Positions 17,021 to 26,678 of a stretch of 41,884 nt of DNA are shown one piece after another. The stretch lies in IMG/VR virus record IMGVR_UViG_3300045988_105328, positions 1 through 41,884 of that record. One strand, given 5' to 3'. The notes beneath the pieces were generated by a model. That model saw nothing but the letters and a program-made list of their open reading frames with translations. It did not search any database and had not been told where the DNA came from. Origin of the DNA: a virus. Position 1 is the stretch's first letter. Each line of letters opens with the position of its first letter. Position numbers and translations under genes: made by a program.

Positions 17021-18208
17021 ATGGCAGTAAATATTGTAAATCGGGCGGATGTGGAAGCTCTCATCCGCGAACAAGTTGTATCTACAGTGTTCCAGGACGC
17101 GCCAAAGCAGTCTACATTTTTAGGGATGGCCAGGAAGCTCCCTAATATGACCAGCAAACAGACTCGAATCAGGGTACTTGATTTCCTCCCGACCGCTTAT
17201 TGGGTCAATGGGGATACCGGAATGAAACAGACCACCAGGCAGGCTTGGGACAATGTGTTTTTGACCGCTGCAGAGTTGGCTGTGATTGTACCTATCCCGG
17301 AATCTGTTTTTGACGATGCGGAAATCGACATCATGGGCGAAATTACCCCTAGAGTAAATGAAGCCATTGGACAGCGAGTCGATGGAGCCGTTATTTTTGG
17401 CGACAACAGACCAGCAGAATGGGATGCGGATATTATCACTCGTGCAAGACAGGCGGGGAACAATGTTGCGCCGGCAGAGGGAAAAGACTGGTATGATCTG
17501 ATTCTTGGGGAAGATGGCGTTTTTGCGAAGGTTGAAAATGATGGATACGGTGTAAATGGAGCTATTGCGGCTATGAATTTCAAGTCCAAGCTCCGTGGCT
17601 TGAGAGACGCAAATGGAGTTCCGATTTTCATGAGAACTATGCAGGAGTCCGCAAGATATACCTTGGATGGTGCTGCAATGACTTTCCCAGAAAATGGAGG
17701 TTTCTTCTCGAATATCGCACAGCTTGTAGTAGGGGATTTCTCCCAGGCGGTGTATTCTATTCGTCAGGATATCACAGTTAAGATTTTGGATCAGGGCGTT
17801 ATCCAGGATCCAGAAACGAAAGAAATCGTCTACAACCTGGCACAGCAGGACATGATCGCATTGCGTGTAGTCTTTCGTATGGGCTGGGCGCTTCCGAATC
17901 CTGCTACGCGAATGAACGAAGACAGAACCGGTTGTCCATTTGCGTACATTGAACCTGGAACGCCTGTAACAACTCAGACAGTTACTTTTACTGTGCAGGA
18001 TAGCGAATCTACAGCGATTCAGGGCGCACGGGTAAACGTAGATGGAGCAATTTTAACTACAGACGATTCTGGTCAGGCTGTATTTAACCTGCGCAAAGGA
18101 TCTTACAAAGCTAAAGTTTCCGCGAAAGGCTATGTGTCCTCTACCCAGACTGTGACTGTTGACAATGCAGCAGTACCGCTTACCGTAAAGTTGGCTGAAC
18201 AGGCGTGA
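17021..18208 (+). CDS. Major capsid protein with a C-terminal carboxypeptidase-regulatory-like (Ig-like beta-sandwich) domain
   Basis: 395 aa, placed after the scaffold gene. The last ~78 aa (TVTFTVQDSESTAIQGARVNVDGAILTTDDSGQAVFNLRKGSYKAKVSAKGY) fit the CarboxypepD_reg-like pattern. Confidence 0.8.
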   Translation: MAVNIVNRADVEALIREQVVSTVFQDAPKQSTFLGMARKLPNMTSKQTRIRVLDFLPTAYWVNGDTGMKQTTRQAWDNVFLTAAELAVIVPIPESVFDDAEIDIMGEITPRVNEAIGQRVDGAVIFGDNRPAEWDADIITRARQAGNNVAPAEGKDWYDLILGEDGVFAKVENDGYGVNGAIAAMNFKSKLRGLRDANGVPIFMRTMQESARYTLDGAAMTFPENGGFFSNIAQLVVGDFSQAVYSIRQDITVKILDQGVIQDPETKEIVYNLAQQDMIALRVVFRMGWALPNPATRMNEDRTGCPFAYIEPGTPVTTQTVTFTVQDSESTAIQGARVNVDGAILTTDDSGQAVFNLRKGSYKAKVSAKGYVSSTQTVTVDNAAVPLTVKLAEQA

Positions 18209-18223
18209 AAGGGGGCTTAACGC

Positions 18224-18472
18224 ATGGGAACGATTGAAGCTTTAAAAAAGCTGGCCGTTGCAATTAAAGGCAGCGGCCAGGTATCCGATATTTCTGGGGA
18301 TAAAATCCCAGAAGTGATTGAAGAAATCACAGAAGCTTACGAGGAATCTGGAGCTTCCAAAATGTCGCAAGCGGAACTGGTTCCTGAAGCTGTTGGCGAT
18401 CAGGTATCAAAAGCAGAGTTTAAATCCCTGCTTGATTCCTTAAAAGCAGCCGGGATTATGAAATCATCATAA
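18224..18472 (+). CDS. Small head-associated protein (possible head fibre or decoration)
   Basis: It lies after the capsid gene. The C-terminal FKSLLDSLKAAGIM resembles the tail motif of proteins annotated as head fibre; this memory is weak. Confidence 0.45.
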   Translation: MGTIEALKKLAVAIKGSGQVSDISGDKIPEVIEEITEAYEESGASKMSQAELVPEAVGDQVSKAEFKSLLDSLKAAGIMKSS

Positions 18473-18487
18473 GGGGTAAAGTATTAT

Positions 18488-18886
18488 ATGTATGCGGATT
18501 ATCAATATTATGTTACCGATTACCTCCTTGGCAGAGATCCAGAGATTACAGAAACTGATTTTCCATTCTTCGAACGTCTTGCCGAGAAGGAAGTCAATAA
18601 CCGAACCTATGGGCGCATCGTAGCTGATCAGACGTTACTTACAGATGACGTGAAGAACTGTATCTGTGCGGTGACGGAGTTTTTGTGGGAGGCAAACAGT
18701 CTGGACAAAGACAATTTCGCGAATGGTGGGGGACAACTGGTATCTTATAGTAATGATGGAGATAGTGGGTCCTATGATCTTTCGCAGTCGGATTACTCTT
18801 CTTTAGCGGCAAGGCAGACTAAGATTAGTAGTCTTGTATCCTTCTATTTGAGCGGTACAGGGCTGCTCTACAGAGGGGTTGATTAA
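18488..18886 (+). CDS. Head-tail connector/adaptor (gp6-like, by position)
   Basis: 132 aa, the first of four small genes between capsid and tail tube. Confidence 0.55.
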   Translation: MYADYQYYVTDYLLGRDPEITETDFPFFERLAEKEVNNRTYGRIVADQTLLTDDVKNCICAVTEFLWEANSLDKDNFANGGGQLVSYSNDGDSGSYDLSQSDYSSLAARQTKISSLVSFYLSGTGLLYRGVD

Positions 18887-18888
18887 AA

Positions 18889-19314
18889 ATGAATCCAAAT
18901 TACATCCACACGATCACGATCTACAACCGTCTACAAGCCAATGATAATCCGGACAGCATGAAAGACACTTGGCAAAGGACGGTCCTGCATGATTGCTATT
19001 ATAAAAATGTGATAGGGCGTGTGGAATCTGATAAGACTGCGAAGATGGCCAATGTATATACGGCCAGAATCCCGGAATCAGAAAACTATCGTCCCTATCA
19101 CGAGTGGGCGGAGCAAGAAGACCGGTCAGGTCTTTTTACGGCAAGCCTTGGGGATATCGTGGTAAAAGGAGAGTGCCAGGAAGAGATTACCGGAAAGTCG
19201 CCGTATACAGCAACGGAACTCCTGAAGCGATATAAACCAGACGCCTTTGTGGTGACAGCAGTCTCTGATAATACGTCCCACAAGATGGCTAAGCATTATA
19301 GGGTAGGTGGATAG
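18889..19314 (+). CDS. Neck / head-closure protein (by position)
   Basis: 141 aa, tightly packed in the neck gene cluster. Confidence 0.5.
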   Translation: MNPNYIHTITIYNRLQANDNPDSMKDTWQRTVLHDCYYKNVIGRVESDKTAKMANVYTARIPESENYRPYHEWAEQEDRSGLFTASLGDIVVKGECQEEITGKSPYTATELLKRYKPDAFVVTAVSDNTSHKMAKHYRVGG

Positions 19315-19319
19315 ATAGT

Positions 19320-19742
19320 ATGAAAACAGAAGTGAAATGGAATAAGCCAATCCCAACGATCGTCAATGGGGCGACAGGCGGGAACCGGACCCTGCTCTTT
19401 ATGGCCCAGGAGGCAAGACGGCTAATGCAGCCATACGTCCCGGCCAGAAACATGGTGTTGTCCCGAAATGTAAGAACCTACGTGGAAGGCGACCACGGAG
19501 TTGTGCACTATCTATCTCCTTATGCCCGTTTCCAGTATGAAGGATTTCTGATGGTTTCGAGGCTCACTGGCAGCCCTTGGGCAGCGAAAGGGGAGAGTAA
19601 AGTGGTCACGGGGATAAGGCTGAATCACAGCGGGGCCAGACATCCCTTGGCTACATCGGAATGGGATAAGGCCATGAAGACCGCAAGGATGGATGATTAC
19701 CTTCAGGCTGTGCAGAACTATGTGAGGGGGCGCGGACGATGA
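19320..19742 (+). CDS. Neck / tail-completion protein (by position)
   Basis: 140 aa. Its stop overlaps the next start (ATGA). Confidence 0.5.
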   Translation: MKTEVKWNKPIPTIVNGATGGNRTLLFMAQEARRLMQPYVPARNMVLSRNVRTYVEGDHGVVHYLSPYARFQYEGFLMVSRLTGSPWAAKGESKVVTGIRLNHSGARHPLATSEWDKAMKTARMDDYLQAVQNYVRGRGR

Positions 19743-20176
19743 CAAAGCATGACGCTATGGTGGTCTATGTGACGCCGAAAGTGGAGGAGCTGGCCGGCCG
19801 TCTTTTGAACTTTAATGTTTCATCGGACCAGGAAGGAGATATATCCTTTTTGACTAATTACTCCGCAAAAGTCCGGCGGAAATATATCCGTGTTGGGGCT
19901 GAGAAAGAGTATGGATTTACGATCGTGATCACGAAGTATTTTTCTGACGGCACGGACGATCTGAATATTGGGGCGATGAATTTCGCTCAGGAATTTATGG
20001 ATTGGATTGATGAGCAGGATCGGAAGAAAAGCTATCCTGATTTTGGCGATAAATGCCAAGTAAAGAAAATAGAAAACTTACAAAACATGCCGAACCTTGC
20101 CACAGTAGACTGGGAAAATATGCTTGCTCAGTACATGCTGCAGTGCAGGGTTATTTATTTTGAAAAGGAGATGTGA
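19739..20176 (+). CDS. Tail terminator-like protein (by position)
   Basis: 145 aa, immediately upstream of the tail tube gene. Confidence 0.45.
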   Translation: MTKHDAMVVYVTPKVEELAGRLLNFNVSSDQEGDISFLTNYSAKVRRKYIRVGAEKEYGFTIVITKYFSDGTDDLNIGAMNFAQEFMDWIDEQDRKKSYPDFGDKCQVKKIENLQNMPNLATVDWENMLAQYMLQCRVIYFEKEM

Positions 20177-20179
20177 GAT

Positions 20180-20686
20180 ATGAAATTAAGCGAATTGATG
20201 GCAAAGCATACACCGGATCCAGAATATGAAGGATGGGTGACAAATGATGATTACGTGTTGGCGATTGACACAGATCCGGGCGCATCGGAAGCGACTACAG
20301 AAGCTAATTTTGCTGTGGTAGAAATGGGCATTTCAGGTTTGGATTCGCAGATGAACCCTGTTACGCAGGATAAGCAGTATATCCGCGCTGGGCAGAGTAC
20401 AACAAAAACTGGAACGCAGAGAACCTTTACTTTGTCTGGTGACAGGTATGTTGGGGACGAGGCACAGGACTATATCCTGTCCCATGCGATGAAGTATGGA
20501 ACTGGAAATAGCGTGGTAACCAACTATGTATACTTTAATATCTTAACAGGAAAAGGAGAAAAGGGACAGTGTTCGATCATTGTAAATTCTGACGGGTCTG
20601 GAAACGCAGGAGAATCGTCCGCGGTAGACGTGGAATTTCGTAAAATCGGGGCCAATCCAACAGAATATACATACTCGGCGGCTTGA
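20180..20686 (+). CDS. Major tail (tube) protein
   Basis: 168 aa, placed before the chaperone pair and tape measure gene. Confidence 0.7.
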   Translation: MKLSELMAKHTPDPEYEGWVTNDDYVLAIDTDPGASEATTEANFAVVEMGISGLDSQMNPVTQDKQYIRAGQSTTKTGTQRTFTLSGDRYVGDEAQDYILSHAMKYGTGNSVVTNYVYFNILTGKGEKGQCSIIVNSDGSGNAGESSAVDVEFRKIGANPTEYTYSAA

Positions 20687-20753
20687 ACTGAGCCTGTGGC
20701 AGGACCACAAATCACTGAAACAGATGTTGTAGATGATAAGGAGGAGATTGACA

Positions 20754-21128
20754 ATGAAATTGATAACAGTGAAGCTCCAGGGGAAGGAAGTACAGGCAGA
20801 TCTGCTGAATCCGAAAGTAACGAAGCGATTTGAGGATGGATTTGACGAAGTCCTTGAAAAATTTAAAGCTTCTACGGGAGATGAATCGATATCGGGATCT
20901 GAAGGAATCCGAATGCAATGCCAGGCTGTGATCGATTACGTGACAGACATCTTTGGCGAAGATGGGGCCAAAGAGGTATTTGGGGATAAAACAGATCTCC
21001 TTACTTGCTTGGATGTGTTGAAAGAAATGCAGGAACTGTATCCTTCCCAGGTTAATCCTCTGGTACGGGAAAAGAGCAATGCACTGAAAAGAAAACTGTC
21101 CGGGAAGCCAGAGGCTGGTGAAGCGTAA
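20754..21128 (+). CDS. Tail assembly chaperone (by position)
   Basis: ATG 20754 after aaggagg. Acidic, 124 aa, lying between the tube and tape measure genes. Confidence 0.6.
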   Translation: MKLITVKLQGKEVQADLLNPKVTKRFEDGFDEVLEKFKASTGDESISGSEGIRMQCQAVIDYVTDIFGEDGAKEVFGDKTDLLTCLDVLKEMQELYPSQVNPLVREKSNALKRKLSGKPEAGEA

Positions 21129-21742
21129 TGCATTTTAACCTGTTATCAGAAGCCCTCCCGGAAAGTGTGACTATCGGCGGAAAGAATTATCCAATCCGAT
21201 GGGATTTCCGGGTGGGAATCCAGGTGGAGGCGATTGTCCGAAGTGAGAAATCGGACATTGATAAATACGAGGAAATCCTCCGGCTGTATTACCCAACAAT
21301 CCCCTCTGACCTACAGGCGGCAATGGATCGAGCTATGTGGTTTTACCGCTGCGGAGAGGATAAAGACCCAGAAGAGAAAGACCGGGGGCGGTATATGCGC
21401 CGCAGCTCGAAAGGGCCGGCTTGGGTATTTACCCAGGACGCGCCATACATCTATGCCGCATTTAAGGAGCAGTATGGGATGGATTTGACAACGATAGAAT
21501 CCTTGCACTGGTGGAAGTTTATGGCATTGTTTGAATCGCTGGGAGACGGAACGAAGATGAGTAAGATTATGTATTACCGACAAGCGAACACAGCAGGAAT
21601 GTCAAAGGCTCATCGGGCATTTATTAATGAGATGAAAAAGCATTTCCAGATCCGGGATTCCGGGAAGAAAATGACGCTGGAACAGAGAAACCAGCGTTGG
21701 ATGAAGTATATCGAAGATAGATATGCACAGAGGAAGGCATGA
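21128..21742 (+). CDS. Gp15-like tail assembly protein
   Basis: The N-terminus LPESVTIGGKNYPIRWDFRVGIQ resembles the phage Gp15 family as I remember it. It is the second gene before the tape measure gene. Confidence 0.6.
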   Translation: MHFNLLSEALPESVTIGGKNYPIRWDFRVGIQVEAIVRSEKSDIDKYEEILRLYYPTIPSDLQAAMDRAMWFYRCGEDKDPEEKDRGRYMRRSSKGPAWVFTQDAPYIYAAFKEQYGMDLTTIESLHWWKFMALFESLGDGTKMSKIMYYRQANTAGMSKAHRAFINEMKKHFQIRDSGKKMTLEQRNQRWMKYIEDRYAQRKA

Positions 21743-21837
21743 CGGGGTGTGTTCCCGTCCCTCTGTGGATATGGAGCAATTAGGGCATCGCGAAAGGCGG
21801 TGCTCTTTTTGCGTCATAACGGACAGGAGTGTGACGC

Positions 21838-24800
21838 ATGGCAAGCGACGGAACAATAAAAATCACTACAGAACTTGATAATCAAAAAGCAGAGCAGGCC
21901 CTATCAAAGTTTGGGAGCATTGTAAAAAAGGGCGTTGCCGCTATCGGAATCGCTAAAATCACCTCTGAAGTGGCGCAATTGGGAGCTTATGTTGCCCAGA
22001 CCGGGATCCAGTTTGAATCCGCCTTTGCTGGTGTTCAGAAGACGGTAGACGCTACCGATGAAGAATTGGCTGGCTTCCGGGAAGGAATCCGGGATATGGC
22101 GAAGGATATCCCACAGACAGCCTCCGAGATTGCTGGAGTTGCGGAAGCGGCTGGACAATTAGGTATTAAAAATGAAAATCTCTTGGATTTTACCCGGACC
22201 ATGTCTGATCTGGGTGTGGCCACGAATATGTCTGCGACAGAAGCAGCGACATCCCTTGCGAGGCTTGCAAATATCACGCAAATGCCGCAGGAAAATTTTG
22301 GCCGCCTTGGGTCTACGATCGTTGCTCTTGGTAATAACCTGGCGACAACAGAATCCGAGATTACAGAGATGGGCCTGCGCCTTGCAGGAGCCGGAAAACA
22401 GGTCGGAATGACAGAAGATCAGATCCTGGGCCTGGCCGGAGCGATCTCTTCCGTCGGAATTGAGGCGGACGCTGGAGGATCTGCGGTGTCTACGGTCATG
22501 ACAAAAATGCAGTTGGCCGTAGAAGAGGGCGGAGAATCCCTGGAGCAGTTTGCAAACGTGGCAGGCATGTCGGCGGAGGAATTCCAGCAGGCGTTCCGGC
22601 AAGACGCCGCTCAGGCTCTTGTGGCGTTCGTGGAAGGTCTTGGGACAATGGAATCCAGAGGGCAGAGTGCGATTGCCACATTGTCCGATATGGAGATCAC
22701 GGAGATCCGCCAGAGGGACGCTCTTTTGCGTCTGGCGGGGGCCGGAGATACGCTGTCTGAAGCTCTGGGGATTGCCTCTCAAGCATGGGACGAAAATAAT
22801 GCCCTTACCAATGAGGCAGAACAGAGATATCAGACACTGGAAAGCCAGATTCAGATCCTGAAGAACAATGTGGACGATTTTGCGATCAGCCTCTATGATG
22901 GAATCCGAGACCCTATGGCTGAGGCGGTCACGGAATCTATTGGCTACGTACAGCGCCTGCATGACGCATTTAACACAGGCGGGGTCACTGCGGTGGCGTC
23001 TGAAATGGGCGCAGTTTTTAATGATGTGGCTGACGATATCGCAGGGACCAGCCAGGCAGCCGCTGGACTGGTGACTCCGCTGAAAGATGTGGCGAACGTA
23101 GGCGGGAATCTGGCCAAGGCAGTTCTTCCAGTGCTGGGAGATGGGGCGAAGTTTACGGCTGAGAATTTTGACGCGATTCTCCCGGTATTAACGGGAGTGG
23201 TCGCAGGATATAAGCTGTACAATACCATAGGCCAGAAGACGGCCACTGTACTCAAAGCCAGTGCCGCAGCGACAGCGGCGTTGAATAAAATGGAAAAAGC
23301 CAACGCCCTGCTACTGGTAGCGCAAGAAGGTGGGTTGACCACAAGGCAGACGCTCCTGGCTTTATATAATAAACAGATCCCCATTACAACAGCGGCAACG
23401 GGATTATGGACCAAAGCTCAGACTGCCCTCAACACTGCCATGAATGCCAACCCAATCGGAGTGGCAGTGGCAGGGGCAACAGCCTTGATTGCAGTTGGGA
23501 CGGCGATCAAAAGCGTTGTGACCCGTGAGACGGAGGCAGAGCGGGAACACTCCCAGGCGCTGAAGGAATCCGCTGAGGCAGCTACCGAGAATCGGAAAGC
23601 GGCTGAGGAAAGAAAACAGGCTTATGAGGAACTGGTAGAATCCCAAAACACCCAGGCGGCGGGAGATGTCGCACAGCTTGATCGATTGAAAGGCTTAAAC
23701 GATGAGCTAAATTCGATCGTGGACGCAAATGGCCGGGTAAAGGAAGGGGAAGAGGATAGAGCCGCTTTCATTACCTCCCAGTTATCCAGTGCCCTTGGTG
23801 TGGAAATCTCCATGACCGATGGCGTGATCAGTAATTACCAGGAGCTCCAGGGAGAGATCCAAAGCCTGATCCAGCAGAAACGGGTCGAGGCTGTCATGTC
23901 TGCACAGCAGGCCAAGTATGAGGAGGCTGTGGCGAACCAGATGCAGGTGGCGGCGGAAGCCTCCGCGAATCTGACGGCCATGAAGCAGGCTGAGAACGAT
24001 GTGAAGCGGGAAAGCGCAGAACTGTCTCAGTTAGAGGAAGAATATAATCAGGCGGTACTTGACGGGAATAAAAAACAAGTTAGTGTCTTGGGCGAAAAGA
24101 TTAAGCGCCAGGAAGAAGACGTTGAGAAAGCCAAAGAAGCCTACGAAGAAAATAAGAAGGCTTACGAAGGAAATACGGAACTGTTGGCGCAGTATTCCAA
24201 TGATATCGACATGTACACCGCTCTCGCGGAAGCGGCGGCTACAGGGAACGCAGAAGCGATCGAGGCGGCGATCAGCCAGATAACGGCTGGTATTAAAACG
24301 GCCAGCAATGCCACCAGCGAAGAGCTTCAGCAACAGGTAGTCAATGTCTCCAACATGGAGAACCTGATCCGTCAGGAAGTGGAAAAGGGAACACCTGGAT
24401 TTACCCAGGCCATGTTAACCCAGGCGCAAGATGCCACGACGGCCGCATTGGAAGAATTTGCGAAGGCCGCTCCTCAGACGGCCGCGGAGTTGGCGAAAGT
24501 CCCTCCAGAGGCAGTAGCCGCATTGGTGGCCGGTGATATGCGAGGCCAGCTTTCCGCCGAGGCCAGTGGGGCCGTGGATGGAATGCTGGAGCAGTTTGAT
24601 GGACTGGACGCGGAGACGCAAGAAGCGTTTGCGCAGGCGATCTACGGCGCCCTGGAAGGCCTGGAGGGATTCGAGGATCTGAAAGACCCCGCAGAAGAAG
24701 GGGTGGAAGCGTTTCTTGAAACTCTCAGAACCGCATTGGACGAGCACTCTCCATCCAAAAAGACGGAAGAAATCTTCCGGCTTGCGATGGAAGGAGCCGC

Positions 24801-25845
24801 CCAGGGAATCGAGAGTGGGAAAGAAGGCGTCCTAACGAAAGGCGGGGAACTCATTTCCGCGTTTCTGGCATTGTTTTCCGGCGGCGAAGAAGGCGGGGGC
24901 CTTGGCGGAAAACTGCAGGGCATTGGCTCCACTGTAATGAGTATGTTTGGGATTGGCGTGTCCTCCCAAACGGAGAATTCCCAGGCCGCTGGGAAAGCCA
25001 ACGCTGACGCCGCAAACGCAGGAGCCGGATCTGTGGACCCAACCGGGACTGGTAGCAAATTTGGCGGCCAGTACAACGCCGGAGTTTCCGGGATGTCTGG
25101 AGCGGCAAGAGGTGTGGGTAGTGTCCTTGGAAGCAATGCAAACGCAGGTGCTGGATCTGTGACAGGAACAGGAACCGGCGGAAAGTTTGGTTCTCAGTAC
25201 GCCTCTGGAGTTGGCGGGAAAAGCGGAGAAGCACGATTGAAAGGTGAAGCTCTTGGTGACAGCGCGGAAGCAGGAGCAGATACCGCAGATGGAAGCAGTG
25301 CTGGATCAAATTTTGGATCAGGATTTGTAAAAGGGATTGGGGACTGGATTAGCGATGCTGCAAGCAAGGCTGCTGAGTTAGCAAAAAGTGCTTATAATGC
25401 GGCAAAGAGCTGGCTGGATGAGCATTCTCCATCTCGAAAAACAAGGCAATTAGGTAGGTGGTTTGACCAAGGCCTTGCCGGCGGAATCGAGGATGAAAAG
25501 AGTGCGGTCGAGAAAGCGTCTCAAGATGTTTCTCAGGCGGCTCTGGATAACCTGAAAGGGCTTGATATCGAGGCCGCAATGGCTGATGTGTACTTTTCCG
25601 TGGACGCGAATCAGGCGAAAGTGGCTGATAATATCGTGAGTGCGGTAGGGGCAAGGGAAGCGCTTGCCTGGAAGGACAGGGAAAAGAATCTTACCGTGTC
25701 CCTATCCGATGAGGACATAAAGAAACTGGCAAGAGAATTTGCGGCGATTGTTTCTACGTCTATCGCAAATGAGATGGACGGAATGGGAATCTATGCGAAG
25801 AACCGAGAGTTTGCGCGCGTGGTGAGGGAGGTTGTAGGACAGTGA
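21838..25845 (+). CDS. Tail tape measure protein
   Basis: 1335 aa, A/E/Q-rich and helical, with a TP901-type N-terminal core. It has G-rich C-terminal repeats and two LDEHSPS(K/R)KT motifs. Confidence 0.92.
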   Translation: MASDGTIKITTELDNQKAEQALSKFGSIVKKGVAAIGIAKITSEVAQLGAYVAQTGIQFESAFAGVQKTVDATDEELAGFREGIRDMAKDIPQTASEIAGVAEAAGQLGIKNENLLDFTRTMSDLGVATNMSATEAATSLARLANITQMPQENFGRLGSTIVALGNNLATTESEITEMGLRLAGAGKQVGMTEDQILGLAGAISSVGIEADAGGSAVSTVMTKMQLAVEEGGESLEQFANVAGMSAEEFQQAFRQDAAQALVAFVEGLGTMESRGQSAIATLSDMEITEIRQRDALLRLAGAGDTLSEALGIASQAWDENNALTNEAEQRYQTLESQIQILKNNVDDFAISLYDGIRDPMAEAVTESIGYVQRLHDAFNTGGVTAVASEMGAVFNDVADDIAGTSQAAAGLVTPLKDVANVGGNLAKAVLPVLGDGAKFTAENFDAILPVLTGVVAGYKLYNTIGQKTATVLKASAAATAALNKMEKANALLLVAQEGGLTTRQTLLALYNKQIPITTAATGLWTKAQTALNTAMNANPIGVAVAGATALIAVGTAIKSVVTRETEAEREHSQALKESAEAATENRKAAEERKQAYEELVESQNTQAAGDVAQLDRLKGLNDELNSIVDANGRVKEGEEDRAAFITSQLSSALGVEISMTDGVISNYQELQGEIQSLIQQKRVEAVMSAQQAKYEEAVANQMQVAAEASANLTAMKQAENDVKRESAELSQLEEEYNQAVLDGNKKQVSVLGEKIKRQEEDVEKAKEAYEENKKAYEGNTELLAQYSNDIDMYTALAEAAATGNAEAIEAAISQITAGIKTASNATSEELQQQVVNVSNMENLIRQEVEKGTPGFTQAMLTQAQDATTAALEEFAKAAPQTAAELAKVPPEAVAALVAGDMRGQLSAEASGAVDGMLEQFDGLDAETQEAFAQAIYGALEGLEGFEDLKDPAEEGVEAFLETLRTALDEHSPSKKTEEIFRLAMEGAAQGIESGKEGVLTKGGELISAFLALFSGGEEGGGLGGKLQGIGSTVMSMFGIGVSSQTENSQAAGKANADAANAGAGSVDPTGTGSKFGGQYNAGVSGMSGAARGVGSVLGSNANAGAGSVTGTGTGGKFGSQYASGVGGKSGEARLKGEALGDSAEAGADTADGSSAGSNFGSGFVKGIGDWISDAASKAAELAKSAYNAAKSWLDEHSPSRKTRQLGRWFDQGLAGGIEDEKSAVEKASQDVSQAALDNLKGLDIEAAMADVYFSVDANQAKVADNIVSAVGAREALAWKDREKNLTVSLSDEDIKKLAREFAAIVSTSIANEMDGMGIYAKNREFARVVREVVGQ
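25012..25340 (+). repeat. Tandem ~126-nt (42-aa) glycine-rich repeats inside the tape measure gene
   Basis: ANAGAGSVDPTGTGSKFGGQYNAGVSGMSG... and ANAGAGSVTGTGTGGKFGSQYASGVGGKSG..., plus a partial third copy (GSSAGSNFGSGFVKG). Confidence 0.8.
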
Positions 25846-26678
25846 AAGACATATACTATGTGAATAACCGTGGTGTAAAGTTGGACTTGCTGAAGACTCC
25901 CTATCTTTTGCAGACTGCAGAATTATTTGACTATGAGTGGAAATATGAAAGTGTTGAATCATCCGCTGTGTCGGGACGGATTACAAGTTTTGCGAAGGAG
26001 ATCACAGAGAGGCCTTTCACGTTGAGTATTTTGAATTATTCCCGCGAATCATATGAAGCGGCCATCAATCGATTTTTTGAAACCGTAGAATACGACGTGC
26101 TAAACAAAACGCCTGGCAAGCTGTATATAGGAAATCAGTATCAGCGCTGCTATTTTATCGCATCTGAAAAGACAGGATGGGAATATGATATCGAACTTTT
26201 GGATGTTGACGGCACTTACGTCGCAGAACGCCCGTTTTGGATCACGGAACAGAATTATACCTTTAATCCCAGCTCTGGGGAGCCTATGGGAGAATATCTT
26301 GATTTCCTGTTTGATGTTCCCTTTGATCTTACGGGAGACGCGGCAGGGATTGGAAATATCCAGATAGATCACTATGCCACTTGTAACTTTTTGCTGACTG
26401 TCTATGGTCCGTGCACCAACCCAAGAATCTCGATTGGTGGAAACATCTATGAAATTGAGACAAAACTCGACACTGGAGAATACCTACAAATTGATTCCCT
26501 GGCTGGAACGGCGATACGAACAAAAGTCGGAGGTCAGAGGGTCAACGAATTAAATAACCGGGCCAAGGAATATGAGTTGTTTTCCCTGATTCAACCCGGA
26601 TACAATGTCGTGTCTTGGGATGGTAGTTTTGGGTTTGACCTTGTGATCTATATAGAGAGGAGTGAGCCGGAGTGGTAA
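25842..26678 (+). CDS. Distal tail protein (Dit, by position)
   Basis: 278 aa, overlapping the tape measure stop. Confidence 0.65.
   Translation: MKDIYYVNNRGVKLDLLKTPYLLQTAELFDYEWKYESVESSAVSGRITSFAKEITERPFTLSILNYSRESYEAAINRFFETVEYDVLNKTPGKLYIGNQYQRCYFIASEKTGWEYDIELLDVDGTYVAERPFWITEQNYTFNPSSGEPMGEYLDFLFDVPFDLTGDAAGIGNIQIDHYATCNFLLTVYGPCTNPRISIGGNIYEIETKLDTGEYLQIDSLAGTAIRTKVGGQRVNELNNRAKEYELFSLIQPGYNVVSWDGSFGFDLVIYIERSEPEW

Noticed and set aside
21100-21130. Possible programmed -1 frameshift joining the two tail assembly chaperone ORFs (20754-21128 and 21128-21742), as in the lambda G/GT paradigm
   Set aside because: The downstream ORF is in the -1 frame, but that frame has a TGA at 21119-21121, only two codons before its ATG. 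There is no room for a slippery site and no overlap region. The genes look simply coupled through TAATG.
21806-21840. 7-bp inverted repeat TGCGTCA...TGACGCA enclosing the tape measure RBS, considered as a translational control element
   Set aside because: The stem is short with a 15-nt loop. Similar weak pairings occur by chance, and there is no supporting feature. I noted it but did not judge it worth a finding.
22159-22962. Long minus-strand ORFs inside coding genes (267 aa in the tape measure gene; also 6462-7151 antisense to the methyltransferase, 30203-31294 antisense to the endolysin, and 616-1071 antisense to PolA)
   Set aside because: These are shadow ORFs of G+C-rich coding regions. 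They have R/P/S/C-rich low-complexity translations and no RBS, and they are fully nested in well-supported genes on the other strand.
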